From contig WJMJ01000045.1 in assembly GCA_014728035.1 (NCBI GenBank), positions 1 to 61,334 on the forward strand: a stretch of DNA of 61,334 bases. The letters run 5' to 3'. This document shows positions 25,521-36,074 of the stretch, piece by piece; position 1 is the stretch's first letter; each line of letters starts with the position of its first letter. The DNA is from Promethearchaeota archaeon. Its GTDB lineage: Archaea; Asgardarchaeota; Thorarchaeia; Thorarchaeales; Thorarchaeaceae. A program made the position numbers and the translations under genes. The notes beneath the pieces were generated by a model that made no database searches, was not told where the DNA came from, and was given only the letters and a program-made list of their open reading frames with translations.

Positions 25521-26879
25521 ATGAAAGACGAAAAACAACTACTTGAATTGTGCAAATTTGTCATACAGATAGCAGAAGAGAGAGGTATTTCAGATATCGA
25601 AGTTCTTGCTCAATATTCTTCAGAGTTAAGCGCGAATCTTGAGATGGGTGAGATAAGCAGTGTAAACCAGAATATTGGTGCTCAAATTGCTATACGTCTG
25701 TATCACGATAAGAAAATGGGAAGTGCATTCACGAATATCCCAACTGAGGACGCATGTGAACAAGCTCTTGAAATGGCCATTGCAGCAGCGAAAACTGTTG
25801 AACCTGATGATGATTGGGTAAGCCTTCCAAAACCAGGAGCATACTCGGAAATTAATGGAATATGGCATGATACTGTACTTGAAATTGAACCTGGTAAAGT
25901 TGTGAGCTCTTTGGCAATCCTCTCGAAGGATCTAGCTGAGGCAGAATCTGGTCTTATTCCTGCATATGGAAATTGGGGTACTGATTTTGCGTATAGAGCT
26001 TATGCAAATAGTAATGGAGTTGCTGTTGCAGAACGTTCGACTGATTCGTATGCTGTTGCACAAGCTGTTGCGAAGACTGAAACAGGAATGACTCCTGGAG
26101 TTTTTGCCTTTGATGTGGACCGAGGAACAAATATCGATTCAGAGCAAGTAGTCCAAGAAATCTCTGAAATTATCCGTATCTGTAAAAAATCCGTCAAGGG
26201 TAAAACCGGAAAGTTTCAAGTGATTATGCACCCATTTGTCTATGGCCAATTGCTGCAATACACCTTGGTAGAATCAATAAAGGGCGATAATGTTGCAAGA
26301 GGAAAGTCAAAAATTGGTGATAAGATTGGTGAGAAGATAGCTCCTACTTTTGTTACAATATATGATGATGGTCTCAATCCAGAAGGCCTTAACAGTTCTA
26401 TGTTTGATGATGAAGGTACTCCTCGTCAAAGAACTTCTATCATTGAGAAAGGGATTCTCCGTTCATTTCTCTGGGATAATTATTGGGCAAATAAAATGGG
26501 CGTTTCAAGTACTGGAAATGCATCAAGGAATATGCGTCAGGGTCTTGTTGAAATTAGTCCAAGCACTCTTTGCATAGAACCAGGAAAACGAAGTTTTGAA
26601 GATATTCTGTCGGACATTGAATATGGTTTCTATATTCGTGGTGTGCAGGGTGCACATAGCTCAAATCCTGAATCCGGTGATTTCAGTGTTGTAGGTAATC
26701 CTGCAATTCTTATTGAGAATGGTGAGATGAAGGGAACCGTACACGGTCTCATGGTTAGTGGCAATATCTATGATTTGCTCAATCAGATAAAGGAGATTGC
26801 GAATGAACCTCTTCCCTTGATTAGTTTATTTGGGCCTCAGATACTATTTGATGATGTGTCAATAGTAGCAAAAGAATAA
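25521..26879 (+). CDS. pmbA: PmbA/TldE
   Basis: FDDEGTP, STGNA, NPESGDFS and MVSGNIYDLL. Lacks HExxH. Directly follows tldD. Confidence 0.9.
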   Translation: MKDEKQLLELCKFVIQIAEERGISDIEVLAQYSSELSANLEMGEISSVNQNIGAQIAIRLYHDKKMGSAFTNIPTEDACEQALEMAIAAAKTVEPDDDWVSLPKPGAYSEINGIWHDTVLEIEPGKVVSSLAILSKDLAEAESGLIPAYGNWGTDFAYRAYANSNGVAVAERSTDSYAVAQAVAKTETGMTPGVFAFDVDRGTNIDSEQVVQEISEIIRICKKSVKGKTGKFQVIMHPFVYGQLLQYTLVESIKGDNVARGKSKIGDKIGEKIAPTFVTIYDDGLNPEGLNSSMFDDEGTPRQRTSIIEKGILRSFLWDNYWANKMGVSSTGNASRNMRQGLVEISPSTLCIEPGKRSFEDILSDIEYGFYIRGVQGAHSSNPESGDFSVVGNPAILIENGEMKGTVHGLMVSGNIYDLLNQIKEIANEPLPLISLFGPQILFDDVSIVAKE

Positions 26880-26886
26880 TTTCTAG

Positions 26887-26905
26887 TGGCGGCAAAATGC
26901 CGCCA
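26887..26905 (+). terminator. Hairpin after pmbA
   Basis: tggcggca-aaa-tgccgcca. Confidence 0.5.
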
Positions 26906-26977
26906 ATCTCATCTATTGGGAAAAGCATATCAGGTTGCCATGAACAAATGAACACCAAGTAGTCATTTGGAGTTGAA

Positions 26978-29900
26978 TTGATGCTAAAACGGATTACCCT
27001 CTTGATATTGGTTTTACCCCTTTTCTTCATTCCTTCCTCTTTTGCTTCAACCAATATGGTTGTTGATTTCCATAATGAAGAAGTGAATATTGGATCTGAT
27101 CTTATTCAAGCACTCAATACCAAATCTTATGCATTGGCTGAAGATACAGAGATGGTGGAAAGTGTCCTTTTGTTTAACAATGAACTTACCCCAGGAGTGA
27201 TTCGTGTTGTAGAATCAACTGGTATCCGTTTTTCACGACAAAGATCCTCAATAGTTCATGTGGGACGGGTTTATCTGGCTTCGGTTCCAACACTTGATTC
27301 ATTATATCGATTATCTAGATATGGTCTTGAATCTGCAACTCTAGGAAAGAAACAGTTCTTTCCCTCATTGATGTCTTCAGTTCCAAGTATAAATGCTCCC
27401 GAAACATGGAACTTGAAGGATAATGATCTTCAATCAATCGATGGAACAGGTTCTACTGTTGCAATAATAGACACCGGAATTTATTGGATGCATCCCACTT
27501 TTTGGAGGGCAACTACGGATAACATAACTGTGATCAGCGATGGAGGAGATTATTATGCTGATTTGGACAATGATTCTGTTGCTGATTTTAACGAAGGGCC
27601 GATTGCAGAAGCAAACGAAGGTAGTGGTGTTATTGATGCTGATGAACATTATCTATTCATAGATATCAATGATGACGGTTCATTTGATTATACTGATGGT
27701 GACAGATGGCTAGGTGGTTTTGATGCCAACGATGATGGTCTAATCACTTTACCTACAGAACCTGTTGTCTTACTTGGAGAATCGAAGGTTAAGCTCCTTT
27801 ACGACCAGAATTCCGGCAATGTATACCAGCGAGGAGTTAATCTTACTTCACAAGCACCAGTGAATTCGGACTCACATGGTCATGGAACTCATGTTGCATC
27901 AATTGTTGCTGGTGGACAAAGAAATCTTACTTCCATGTTAGGTTCTGCACCAAATGCAGATCTTATCATTATTCGCAGTCCATTAGATTCAGCTTCTATT
28001 ATTGATGGTATCTACTTTGCCATGGAAACAGAAGCTGATGTAATCAATATGTCATTCTCTAGCTATCTGGGTTTTCTTGATGGGTCTGATTTAGAAGATA
28101 TAGCAATTACCGAAGCATTTCGTACAAAAGGAATAATCTCCACACTTGCTGCTGGCAATCTTGGCGGTCGCTCAAAACATGCTCATATGGATATAGGTCC
28201 TGGTAGTTTGGGTAGTGCAGGGTTATCAGTGTCAAACCCTGGTCAATTTTCATTTCTCAATGTATTATGGAAGAGCTCAGACCAAGATGAACACGTCATT
28301 CTTGTTTCTCCCCAAGATGTTGAAATCGATCTGGGTGCATTTTCATCGATCAGGGGAAACGCTTACCTTTTAGATGAGGAATATATCCAAGCTTATGTTT
28401 TTGCAGATGTAAGCATCAAAGGCACAAATCGCGTAATTGTTCAAATAGCCACGAATGAGCATCAATGGAATACAGGTGCTTGGCGTTTGGATGTAACGAA
28501 TCCTGAAGGCGAAACAATCTCAGTAGACTGTTATGCTTGGGATAATAATTGGGGTGGTACTAATTTGAGATTCACTTCCTCAATTGAAAATACCTGTACA
28601 TTGAGCTCGCCTGGAACATCAGACCTTGGTGTCTGTGTTACTTCTTATGACGAAGGAACCGGACAGATTAGCTTCACCTCAAGTAGGGGTCCTCGAATTG
28701 ATGATATGCCAATCACAATAATTGCAGCCCCGGGATCTGATATCCTTGCAGCTTATCCAAGCTTGAATACATTATGGACACAACGTTCTGGTACCAGTAT
28801 GGCTGCTCCCCATGTTGCGGGAGTACTTGCATTGTTAAAGCAAGTAACAGGAAACACAGATGGGTGGTTGGAACATACCGCATTATCGACAGGTGCTGGA
28901 GGATTCTCTGACCACTATGATTCACCCGATAACTCCTGGGGGTATGGTTTGGTCGATGCACTCTGGTCAGTTAGACATCTTCAAAAATATCCTTTAACTA
29001 ATGATACAACACTTGAAGATTGGATCGGATTTGACCCAGTTGTATCAGACCCAGCCGACAGTTGGATTGCTGATGGTCTAGATATCCGTGACATTCGAAT
29101 GATACGAAACTTGAGTTGGAGTTATTTTGCTACATCTTTCAACGCAATGCCTAATTTTGTATCTGATAATGTTCTCACGATTGACTTAGATGTTGATTCA
29201 AATCTCGGTACTGGAAAGAATGGTGCCGAATATCAATATAATGTCACTAATGGTGCAGTATATGGATATCAATGGTCTGGTTCTAGTTTTGTTTCCATAT
29301 CTACTGTGAACTACATTGTCAATGACAGTTCAACGGTATTTGTACAAGTAGAACATCCATCTACAATTTCCTCTGGCCGATTCAGAATAACTACTAGTAA
29401 TTCCACACATACACTTGATATCATTTCATATACCGATATGATAAACCAATGGAGACCTTTAGTCAATTCGATCGAATTTGACTATTCTAACAATAATTAT
29501 CAGATAGAAATTGTTGTATCAGATGAAGATACAAGAATAGCTAATTTCAATATTGAATGGGAACTACTAGATGGATTCTCAGAGAGTTTGCTAACAGATT
29601 CTCTATCTCAAAGTGATACCTATTCCTTTAGTATCAATACCTCACAATTGGAACATGAAACTCTTGCAAGGATTTTGATATTTGAACTTACATCTGATTC
29701 AGATTCGTATCAATTATCTCCAATCGTACTTTCAGAGGGGTATAGTGCGAATTTTGGCTTTTCATCAACAGTATTATCTGCTACTGAATTCAGGTCTGGA
29801 TTTTTGATTGAAGAATACATTGAAGGAGAATTTGCCTTAGAAGGTCATCTTCTGGTTGATGCTGTATCAATATCCTTCAAGAGCAGTATAGGCACCTACC

Positions 29901-30151
29901 TAAATCTAACTTTGAATGGTGAAAATGGAATTTATCATGTTAAAGTAGCAACCAATGTACTAACACCTGGCGAGTACTCTGTATATGCAGTTGCTGAGAG
30001 CATTATGGGTGTTAAAATCGTACAGTCTGTTGGCACAATTCGGATTATTGAAGACAACACGATGCTCTTTTTACTGGGTGGAACTATAATAGGAGTACTC
30101 GTAGTAGTTACAGCGCTTCGTCAAATCATGTCTAAAAAGGAGAGGTCCTGA
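26978..30151 (+). CDS. Membrane-anchored S8 subtilisin-like serine protease
   Basis: Signal peptide, VAIIDTG, HGHGTHVAS, AAGN, SGTSMAAPHVAG and a C-terminal TM. Confidence 0.93.
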   Translation: MMLKRITLLILVLPLFFIPSSFASTNMVVDFHNEEVNIGSDLIQALNTKSYALAEDTEMVESVLLFNNELTPGVIRVVESTGIRFSRQRSSIVHVGRVYLASVPTLDSLYRLSRYGLESATLGKKQFFPSLMSSVPSINAPETWNLKDNDLQSIDGTGSTVAIIDTGIYWMHPTFWRATTDNITVISDGGDYYADLDNDSVADFNEGPIAEANEGSGVIDADEHYLFIDINDDGSFDYTDGDRWLGGFDANDDGLITLPTEPVVLLGESKVKLLYDQNSGNVYQRGVNLTSQAPVNSDSHGHGTHVASIVAGGQRNLTSMLGSAPNADLIIIRSPLDSASIIDGIYFAMETEADVINMSFSSYLGFLDGSDLEDIAITEAFRTKGIISTLAAGNLGGRSKHAHMDIGPGSLGSAGLSVSNPGQFSFLNVLWKSSDQDEHVILVSPQDVEIDLGAFSSIRGNAYLLDEEYIQAYVFADVSIKGTNRVIVQIATNEHQWNTGAWRLDVTNPEGETISVDCYAWDNNWGGTNLRFTSSIENTCTLSSPGTSDLGVCVTSYDEGTGQISFTSSRGPRIDDMPITIIAAPGSDILAAYPSLNTLWTQRSGTSMAAPHVAGVLALLKQVTGNTDGWLEHTALSTGAGGFSDHYDSPDNSWGYGLVDALWSVRHLQKYPLTNDTTLEDWIGFDPVVSDPADSWIADGLDIRDIRMIRNLSWSYFATSFNAMPNFVSDNVLTIDLDVDSNLGTGKNGAEYQYNVTNGAVYGYQWSGSSFVSISTVNYIVNDSSTVFVQVEHPSTISSGRFRITTSNSTHTLDIISYTDMINQWRPLVNSIEFDYSNNNYQIEIVVSDEDTRIANFNIEWELLDGFSESLLTDSLSQSDTYSFSINTSQLEHETLARILIFELTSDSDSYQLSPIVLSEGYSANFGFSSTVLSATEFRSGFLIEEYIEGEFALEGHLLVDAVSISFKSSIGTYLNLTLNGENGIYHVKVATNVLTPGEYSVYAVAESIMGVKIVQSVGTIRIIEDNTMLFLLGGTIIGVLVVVTALRQIMSKKERS

Positions 30152-30153
30152 AA

Positions 30154-31437
30154 ATGAAAGTAGTCCTTGTTGGTTACGGTCCGAGTTCTGTTGCAGCTGC
30201 AACTACACTCAGAGCTTTTGATAAAGATGCTGAGATTTGTTTGATAACTCGAGAAGAACATCCAGCACACCGGAGACCTGGGGTAGCTCATGCGATAGAA
30301 CACCCAGATTCAAGCGGAATCGATATTGCGGATTCGTCTTTTGAGTCACTGCACGAAAAGAATATAGAGGTAATAACTAGTGCAGATGTTATTTCGGGTG
30401 ATTCTTCTACTAACACCTTACTATATCTTGATTCAAAAGGTAATGAAACTCAAATTCATTATGATTACCTTATTCTTGGAGCAGGAGGTGTGCCTAAAGT
30501 TCCTGTCCTACCAGGGTCTACTTTGAAAGGGGTTCTTACAATTCAAACAATTGAGGATACCATTCCAATTGGCAAGAGGATTGATAGTATTCAGGATGTA
30601 GTCATTATTGGTGCTGGTTTCAGTGGTATTGAAATGGCTGAAAAATTTTACAAGCTAGGAAAGAACACTCACATGATTGTTCGTTCAAGATTAATGCGAC
30701 GTCAATTGGAAGAGGTGATGAGCACCGAACTACTCCATCGTCTACCCCGTGATTTGCATGTCCACTGTGGAGTATCTCCCGACAAAATAAATGGTGATGA
30801 TTCAGTCAAATCAGTAAGTGTTAATGGTATGGAGATTGCGGCCGATATTGTTCTATTTATGACTGGTGTTCGTCCTAATATTCAACTTGCAAAAGAAATT
30901 GGCATTAGAATTGGATCTCTAGGAGGAATCGTAGTTAACGAAATAATGCAGACCTCCATCGATAATATCTATGCAATAGGCGATTGTATTGAGCTGTTAG
31001 ATGGTCTGACTGGAAAACCAATTTTGATGCCAATTGGTAGTACAGCTGCTAGGGCTGGAAGACAAGCTGGTGCTGCGGTAGCTGGGTCTAAAAAAATCTA
31101 TGATGATATTTCATTACGTCTTCAATATGATAGACTATTCAATACGGATATTGTGTGTATTGGTCATTCATCTACAACAGCAAAAAACCTTGGACTAGAA
31201 ACTGAAATTCATCATTTTGAGGATTCTTTTGAACATGCTCATGTATCCTTGATTACAAAAAAGGATGGTACTCTAATTGGGGGACAAGTTATTTCATCAC
31301 GGCTAGGGTCTCAAATAGGATTTCAGATTTTAGAGCGTATTGAAGAAAAAACAAAGCTTGACGAGAGTCCGTTATTGGACTCCCGACATAAACAGCTTGA
31401 TAGTTTACTGGACTCGATTTTTGGATCTATTCGATAG
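30154..31437 (+). CDS. FAD-dependent pyridine nucleotide oxidoreductase (NADH oxidase/CoADR-like fold)
   Basis: VVLVGYG, YDYLILGAG, IIGAGFSGIEMA, TGVRPN and IYAIGDC. Confidence 0.88.
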   Translation: MKVVLVGYGPSSVAAATTLRAFDKDAEICLITREEHPAHRRPGVAHAIEHPDSSGIDIADSSFESLHEKNIEVITSADVISGDSSTNTLLYLDSKGNETQIHYDYLILGAGGVPKVPVLPGSTLKGVLTIQTIEDTIPIGKRIDSIQDVVIIGAGFSGIEMAEKFYKLGKNTHMIVRSRLMRRQLEEVMSTELLHRLPRDLHVHCGVSPDKINGDDSVKSVSVNGMEIAADIVLFMTGVRPNIQLAKEIGIRIGSLGGIVVNEIMQTSIDNIYAIGDCIELLDGLTGKPILMPIGSTAARAGRQAGAAVAGSKKIYDDISLRLQYDRLFNTDIVCIGHSSTTAKNLGLETEIHHFEDSFEHAHVSLITKKDGTLIGGQVISSRLGSQIGFQILERIEEKTKLDESPLLDSRHKQLDSLLDSIFGSIR

Positions 31438-34306
31438 CGGGCGGTTGTGAATCGTCCTCCCATAATGGGGTCCATTCTTCTTCTTTTTCTGGACTCTTTG
31501 GTTTTCTGAGATATCTTCGAATCCCTATATACGCTAAACCTATTCCTACTATAGCTAATAGACTATATATTACAGTCATAACAACTTGGTCGTCAATAGG
31601 TCTTACAGGAATCAGAATAGTCTTTGATATTATTCGAACATTTCCCTCACTGTCCGTCGCAACCACCTTAACGTTATAGAAACCTGCTCTCTCCATAATG
31701 AATGAATATCTATAGACATAACCTAGGCTAGATTGAAAATCACCCGTGACATTGTTTCCTTCAGCATCCATCAGAGTAAAAGTTACGCTTTCAAGGTCTT
31801 CATCAAACACATATGCGGTTATATTAGCTGGTTCACCAACTGAATTTGACTCCAATGCTAAATCGAAAACTCTAGGTCTCTTTGGTATGATTTCTTGTGC
31901 CAAGTTCCTAAGTAGTCTAAGATTATCCGCTCCTCCCTCCAATGCATCGTAGATAGTGTTATCGTATAATGTCGATCCATCAGAAATGACAATCACTTTT
32001 CCATGACCTGATTCAACTGTTGCAACTATAGCTTGAGTCTTTGCAGAATCTACCCAAAATAGTCCTTGGGCTCCAGCTACGGAAGGATCAACTGAAAGTG
32101 TTCCACCAGTGACGATGTATAGATTCTCGACACCCTCAACTAGTGAGTGATTCTCCACAGCTCCTCCGTATCCCAATCCATAGAATAGTCCTGAGAATTG
32201 GTCTACACCCTCCCCTATACCATATCTATCAACAGTTATTCCATACGGTTCAAGTATATCATTATATGAATCGAGAGCAAAACTTGCTGTTTGTTCTACG
32301 CTATCATAATATTCCGATAGCATGATTAAGGTTCCTCCATCCTCTACAAATTGGTGGAGTGCTTCAATTTCTTCTGCGTTGTAGGATGTTTCAGTATCCA
32401 TAATCATGAAAATATCCGATGTTGCTAAATCGTTTTGATCGATTCTTTGTGGTACAAAATCGGAGGGATTTCCAAACTCCTCCATTAGTACTCCCTTTTG
32501 TTTTAAATACTCATCAAAATATTTGTATGATTCGGGTGAGTCGGGATCGTCCGCAGAATGATGTGCCATGTCAACTAGTAATTCTCCCCCAAATGATGTC
32601 AATTGAACCTCTAAATCCATTGAAGATGTTACTGCTTCAGAAGAGGATATAATTTTCAATTCGCCAAAGTATTTTCCAATATCGGAAAGTGGCAATCCTT
32701 CAGGCACCTCTGTCATTATTTCGAAATAGGAATACCCTTGAGAAACTGTGACTGTAGCTGGTCTAATATTGATGAATTTACTTGCATTTCCTTCAACGAT
32801 GATCTCGTGACTTCCTAGTGACTCTGTGGAAATAATTGTCGCATTGAGCGTTTGTTTTTCCTCACCAACAATTAGAACCTGTGAGCTTCCTGGTAGTGTT
32901 GGATAGCTTATTGGGCTGATTATTGTAATCTCTCCAGATTTTTGATCTAGCAGTTCTACTGATTTACTGATGTTTGCAAGGCCGAATCCCTGTGCCATTG
33001 GATCAAATCCAATATCGGTTGAACCTGCCATCAAAAATGCTTTCACTTGAATCGGACTCAAGTCGGAATCTTTTTCAAGTAAAATCGCTGCTAACCCTGC
33101 AACTAGTGGTGCTGATGCGGAAGTTCCAGACCATATTGTATAATCATTTCCGAATTGAGTAGTGTTGTATGGAGGAAATTCCCAAGATGCATCTGAAGCT
33201 CTAGCTGAAATAAGCTGGTATCCTGGAGCAATTAAATCTGGTTTTGGATAATTTCCAATAGGTTCCGTTTGAGACCGGGTCACTGGACCCCGACTACTAA
33301 AGTCAACAATACCTGTATCGCGAATTGAAGCTCCAACTGTAATTGCCTCTTCTGTTATTCCAGGCGAATTGATACTTGATGTAGCAGGACCACTGTTACC
33401 TGCTGCTATTACCACATTTACTCCTTGAGCAACAACCTCTTCAGTTGCTTCAGATGAAGGTTCTTGCAGAAGTCCAAGGTCTGTCCAAGCGCCTCCCAGA
33501 CTTAGGACGATTACATCTGCGCCGTTATCTGCAGCATATTCTATTCCTTGAGCTATCAATGAATCCTCTCCAGCTCCGTCTTCATCGAGCACTTTGACAA
33601 TCATCAAATCAGCACCTGGTGCCATTCCAGTGTATTGCCCTCCTGAAACCTGTCCTGAACCTGCTACTAACCAGCTCACAGCAGTCCCGTGACCATTGTC
33701 ATCATAAGCAGTAGTTTCTTCATTTATCAAATCATGAAAATGAGATATTCTTCCAATCAAGTCTGGATGATTCGGATCACAACCAGAGTCAAGAACTGCT
33801 ACAGTGACTCCGGTTCCATTAAAACCTTGATCCCATATGTCTGGAACATGCATTAGACTATCCGGGTGAATATATTCATTGTTACTAGCCAATGCAAAAG
33901 TTCCTATTTCTTGATTCGAATCTTCCAACCTGTATTCTTTATCATACATTATTGATAGAACATCTGGAATCTCACTCAATCTAGTGATTTCATTTTGATT
34001 TGCATAGGCTGAAGTAACAGATATGATATCGAATGAATGCCGAATTGATATGCTTGGCACATTCAGTTTTATGATATGTTCCATTAAGCTTGCAGTAGTA
34101 CCTTTTTCAAATCGGATAGATATTGGATAATCGCAATCTACCGAATTCATATCCATTTTATTGCGGAGATATTGACCTATTACTGGATTTACTTCAGTGG
34201 TTTGTTTGTTGTGACCCAGTAATAATGCGGTTGAAGGAATAATCAACAATGCAATAATTACAAATGCAATTGTTCGAGTCTGGAAGTTATTTTCTTTATG
34301 TGACAT
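31427..34306 (-). CDS. Membrane-anchored S8 protease with DUF4350/GATase-like domain
   Basis: VAVLDSG, DDNGHGT, AAGNSG and SGTSASAPLVAG. Later 'EIEALHQFVEDGGTLIML..GHGKVIVISD' and a C-terminal TM. Confidence 0.92.
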   Translation of the reverse strand: MSHKENNFQTRTIAFVIIALLIIPSTALLLGHNKQTTEVNPVIGQYLRNKMDMNSVDCDYPISIRFEKGTTASLMEHIIKLNVPSISIRHSFDIISVTSAYANQNEITRLSEIPDVLSIMYDKEYRLEDSNQEIGTFALASNNEYIHPDSLMHVPDIWDQGFNGTGVTVAVLDSGCDPNHPDLIGRISHFHDLINEETTAYDDNGHGTAVSWLVAGSGQVSGGQYTGMAPGADLMIVKVLDEDGAGEDSLIAQGIEYAADNGADVIVLSLGGAWTDLGLLQEPSSEATEEVVAQGVNVVIAAGNSGPATSSINSPGITEEAITVGASIRDTGIVDFSSRGPVTRSQTEPIGNYPKPDLIAPGYQLISARASDASWEFPPYNTTQFGNDYTIWSGTSASAPLVAGLAAILLEKDSDLSPIQVKAFLMAGSTDIGFDPMAQGFGLANISKSVELLDQKSGEITIISPISYPTLPGSSQVLIVGEEKQTLNATIISTESLGSHEIIVEGNASKFINIRPATVTVSQGYSYFEIMTEVPEGLPLSDIGKYFGELKIISSSEAVTSSMDLEVQLTSFGGELLVDMAHHSADDPDSPESYKYFDEYLKQKGVLMEEFGNPSDFVPQRIDQNDLATSDIFMIMDTETSYNAEEIEALHQFVEDGGTLIMLSEYYDSVEQTASFALDSYNDILEPYGITVDRYGIGEGVDQFSGLFYGLGYGGAVENHSLVEGVENLYIVTGGTLSVDPSVAGAQGLFWVDSAKTQAIVATVESGHGKVIVISDGSTLYDNTIYDALEGGADNLRLLRNLAQEIIPKRPRVFDLALESNSVGEPANITAYVFDEDLESVTFTLMDAEGNNVTGDFQSSLGYVYRYSFIMERAGFYNVKVVATDSEGNVRIISKTILIPVRPIDDQVVMTVIYSLLAIVGIGLAYIGIRRYLRKPKSPEKEEEWTPLWEDDSQPPAIE

Positions 34307-34471
34307 TATTAGCAGCCCTTTTGTCGGATTATTCCTAAGTTCAATTAAGGCTTATCTTATCTGCCGAGATGGAAAAATATAGCTCGGTTTCTGTGAGAAA
34401 CGGAGAAATATGTCTTCTCAAATAGTTATCAATAGTTGTGAAACAACTCATACAATCTAGGAGCGAAAAGA

Positions 34472-34765
34472 ATGGGAACGAAGCCACCTCTATACGAACG
34501 CCGATTACAAATTAAGCATTTCTTTGATGATCGCGAAACTGGTCAGACAAGACGCACTTGGTTAGAAATTCAATTACGTCCACCCGAAACGACTTCTGAA
34601 GGCTGGGTGAATGATGGAAAGATTAGACTTTCACTTGGTGAAGATAGAGATATCAAAGGAGCTTTTCTTCTTTCCATTGAAGAAGCATTACGGTTAGCGA
34701 AAAGTCTTGAAATGGCTGCAGAAGATCATGATGCAGTAAAATCTCAGCTTTGGCGTGAAAGATAA
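34472..34765 (+). CDS. Hypothetical small protein, possible PC4/Whirly-like fold
   Basis: 97 aa with AGGAG RBS. Beta-strands followed by a C-terminal 'LLSIEEALRLAKSL' helix. Confidence 0.65.
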   Translation: MGTKPPLYERRLQIKHFFDDRETGQTRRTWLEIQLRPPETTSEGWVNDGKIRLSLGEDRDIKGAFLLSIEEALRLAKSLEMAAEDHDAVKSQLWRER

Positions 34766-34904
34766 GATTCTCTACTAATATTATTTGACAAGCTCGGTCC
34801 TCTCCGGGCATACTTTTCTTTTTTTGCACATAGTAGATAACTCTGCATAACAAATTTATTACATAGCTTACACCTATAGATTTGATATATACGGAGGAAT
34901 CTGC

Positions 34905-36074
34905 TTGCTAGGCTCTGAGATATTTAATGAATTCCATAGATTGATTGATTTTGAGTTCCCGATGATTGATTTAGTCGCAGTTATTCCATATGTACTTCCG
35001 TTGCTGCTATTTTCGATTATCCTTCTCTTATATCAACGTTATATGATTCCTGATGATTTGAAAAGGAACGTGATTGTATTTGCAGGAATCCTTTCACTTG
35101 GTGCTGCTTCACTACTGACTCTATATGCTGGATTCGGCTCGATTTGGTGGGGTCCTGATGAACTAACTTTTGGATCTTGGTATAATTTTATTTGGGCTCT
35201 CCAACTTGTTTCCAATCTGATATTCGGTTCAGTTTTTAGTGGTTTGGCATACGTAATTGGAATAGGAATCTTATTTTTCATTCTTGCAAATTTGGTAATA
35301 GCTCCCCCTGATCCTGACTTTGTTGGTCTTAGAGCGGAACTGAAAGATGCTGAAGAAAATTTAAAGGAACTTGAAAACCAAGTTCAATCTTTGATAGAAG
35401 AGAAAAAAGAATTAGAGGCCGAGAATAAAAAGCTCAATGAATTCTTGTCTGAAAAAGAAGAAGCTCTCAAGACCCTGCAGACTCAAGTAGAATCACTCAC
35501 TTCCGAAGTTGAATCATTAACATCAGAAGACGAAGAGGATATAGAAAGAATATCTTCAGATGAGCTAGAATCGCTCAAAACACAACTTGATGCCGCTAGG
35601 TCTGAAGCAGAATCAGCCAAAGCTCAAGAACAAGAACTATTGGAAACACTCTCGAAGAAAGACCAGACGATTAGTACTCTGCAAACTGAGCTATCAGAAG
35701 CAAAAGGAAAGTCATTCGATACAGAGGAAGCCCCAGTGGCATCGGATGAAGCTATGAAAACACTCAAGGACCAACTTCAGCAAACAAAATCAATTTTGGA
35801 AAACTATTCTCGCCGGGCTGAAACTGCTTCCGAAGTATCTGATAGTGTCATCTCTGATTTAGTTCAACTCATCTCACAGATTGAAGGGAGCGAACTCGAT
35901 ACTTCTAGTAAACAAGTCCTTACTGATTTAGTTGAGGGCTTAGGTAGAGCAGTAGGTCGAGTATCAGGTCCTCCAGGTGAAAAAGAAAAAGATGAACCAA
36001 AGATTGAGATGATTGGTGCCGTTATGATGGTTCATGAGATTGTAGATAGTATTAAGAGACTGACAAGAAAGTAG
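34905..36074 (+). CDS. Membrane protein with long cytoplasmic coiled coil
   Basis: Three N-terminal TMs, then E/K/L heptad repeats. GGAGG RBS. Confidence 0.8.
   Translation: MLGSEIFNEFHRLIDFEFPMIDLVAVIPYVLPLLLFSIILLLYQRYMIPDDLKRNVIVFAGILSLGAASLLTLYAGFGSIWWGPDELTFGSWYNFIWALQLVSNLIFGSVFSGLAYVIGIGILFFILANLVIAPPDPDFVGLRAELKDAEENLKELENQVQSLIEEKKELEAENKKLNEFLSEKEEALKTLQTQVESLTSEVESLTSEDEEDIERISSDELESLKTQLDAARSEAESAKAQEQELLETLSKKDQTISTLQTELSEAKGKSFDTEEAPVASDEAMKTLKDQLQQTKSILENYSRRAETASEVSDSVISDLVQLISQIEGSELDTSSKQVLTDLVEGLGRAVGRVSGPPGEKEKDEPKIEMIGAVMMVHEIVDSIKRLTRK

Noticed and set aside
24120-26879. TldD/PmbA as the leader protease of the rSAM system
   Set aside because: About 19 kb away and near-ubiquitous in archaea. 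No sequence evidence of linkage.
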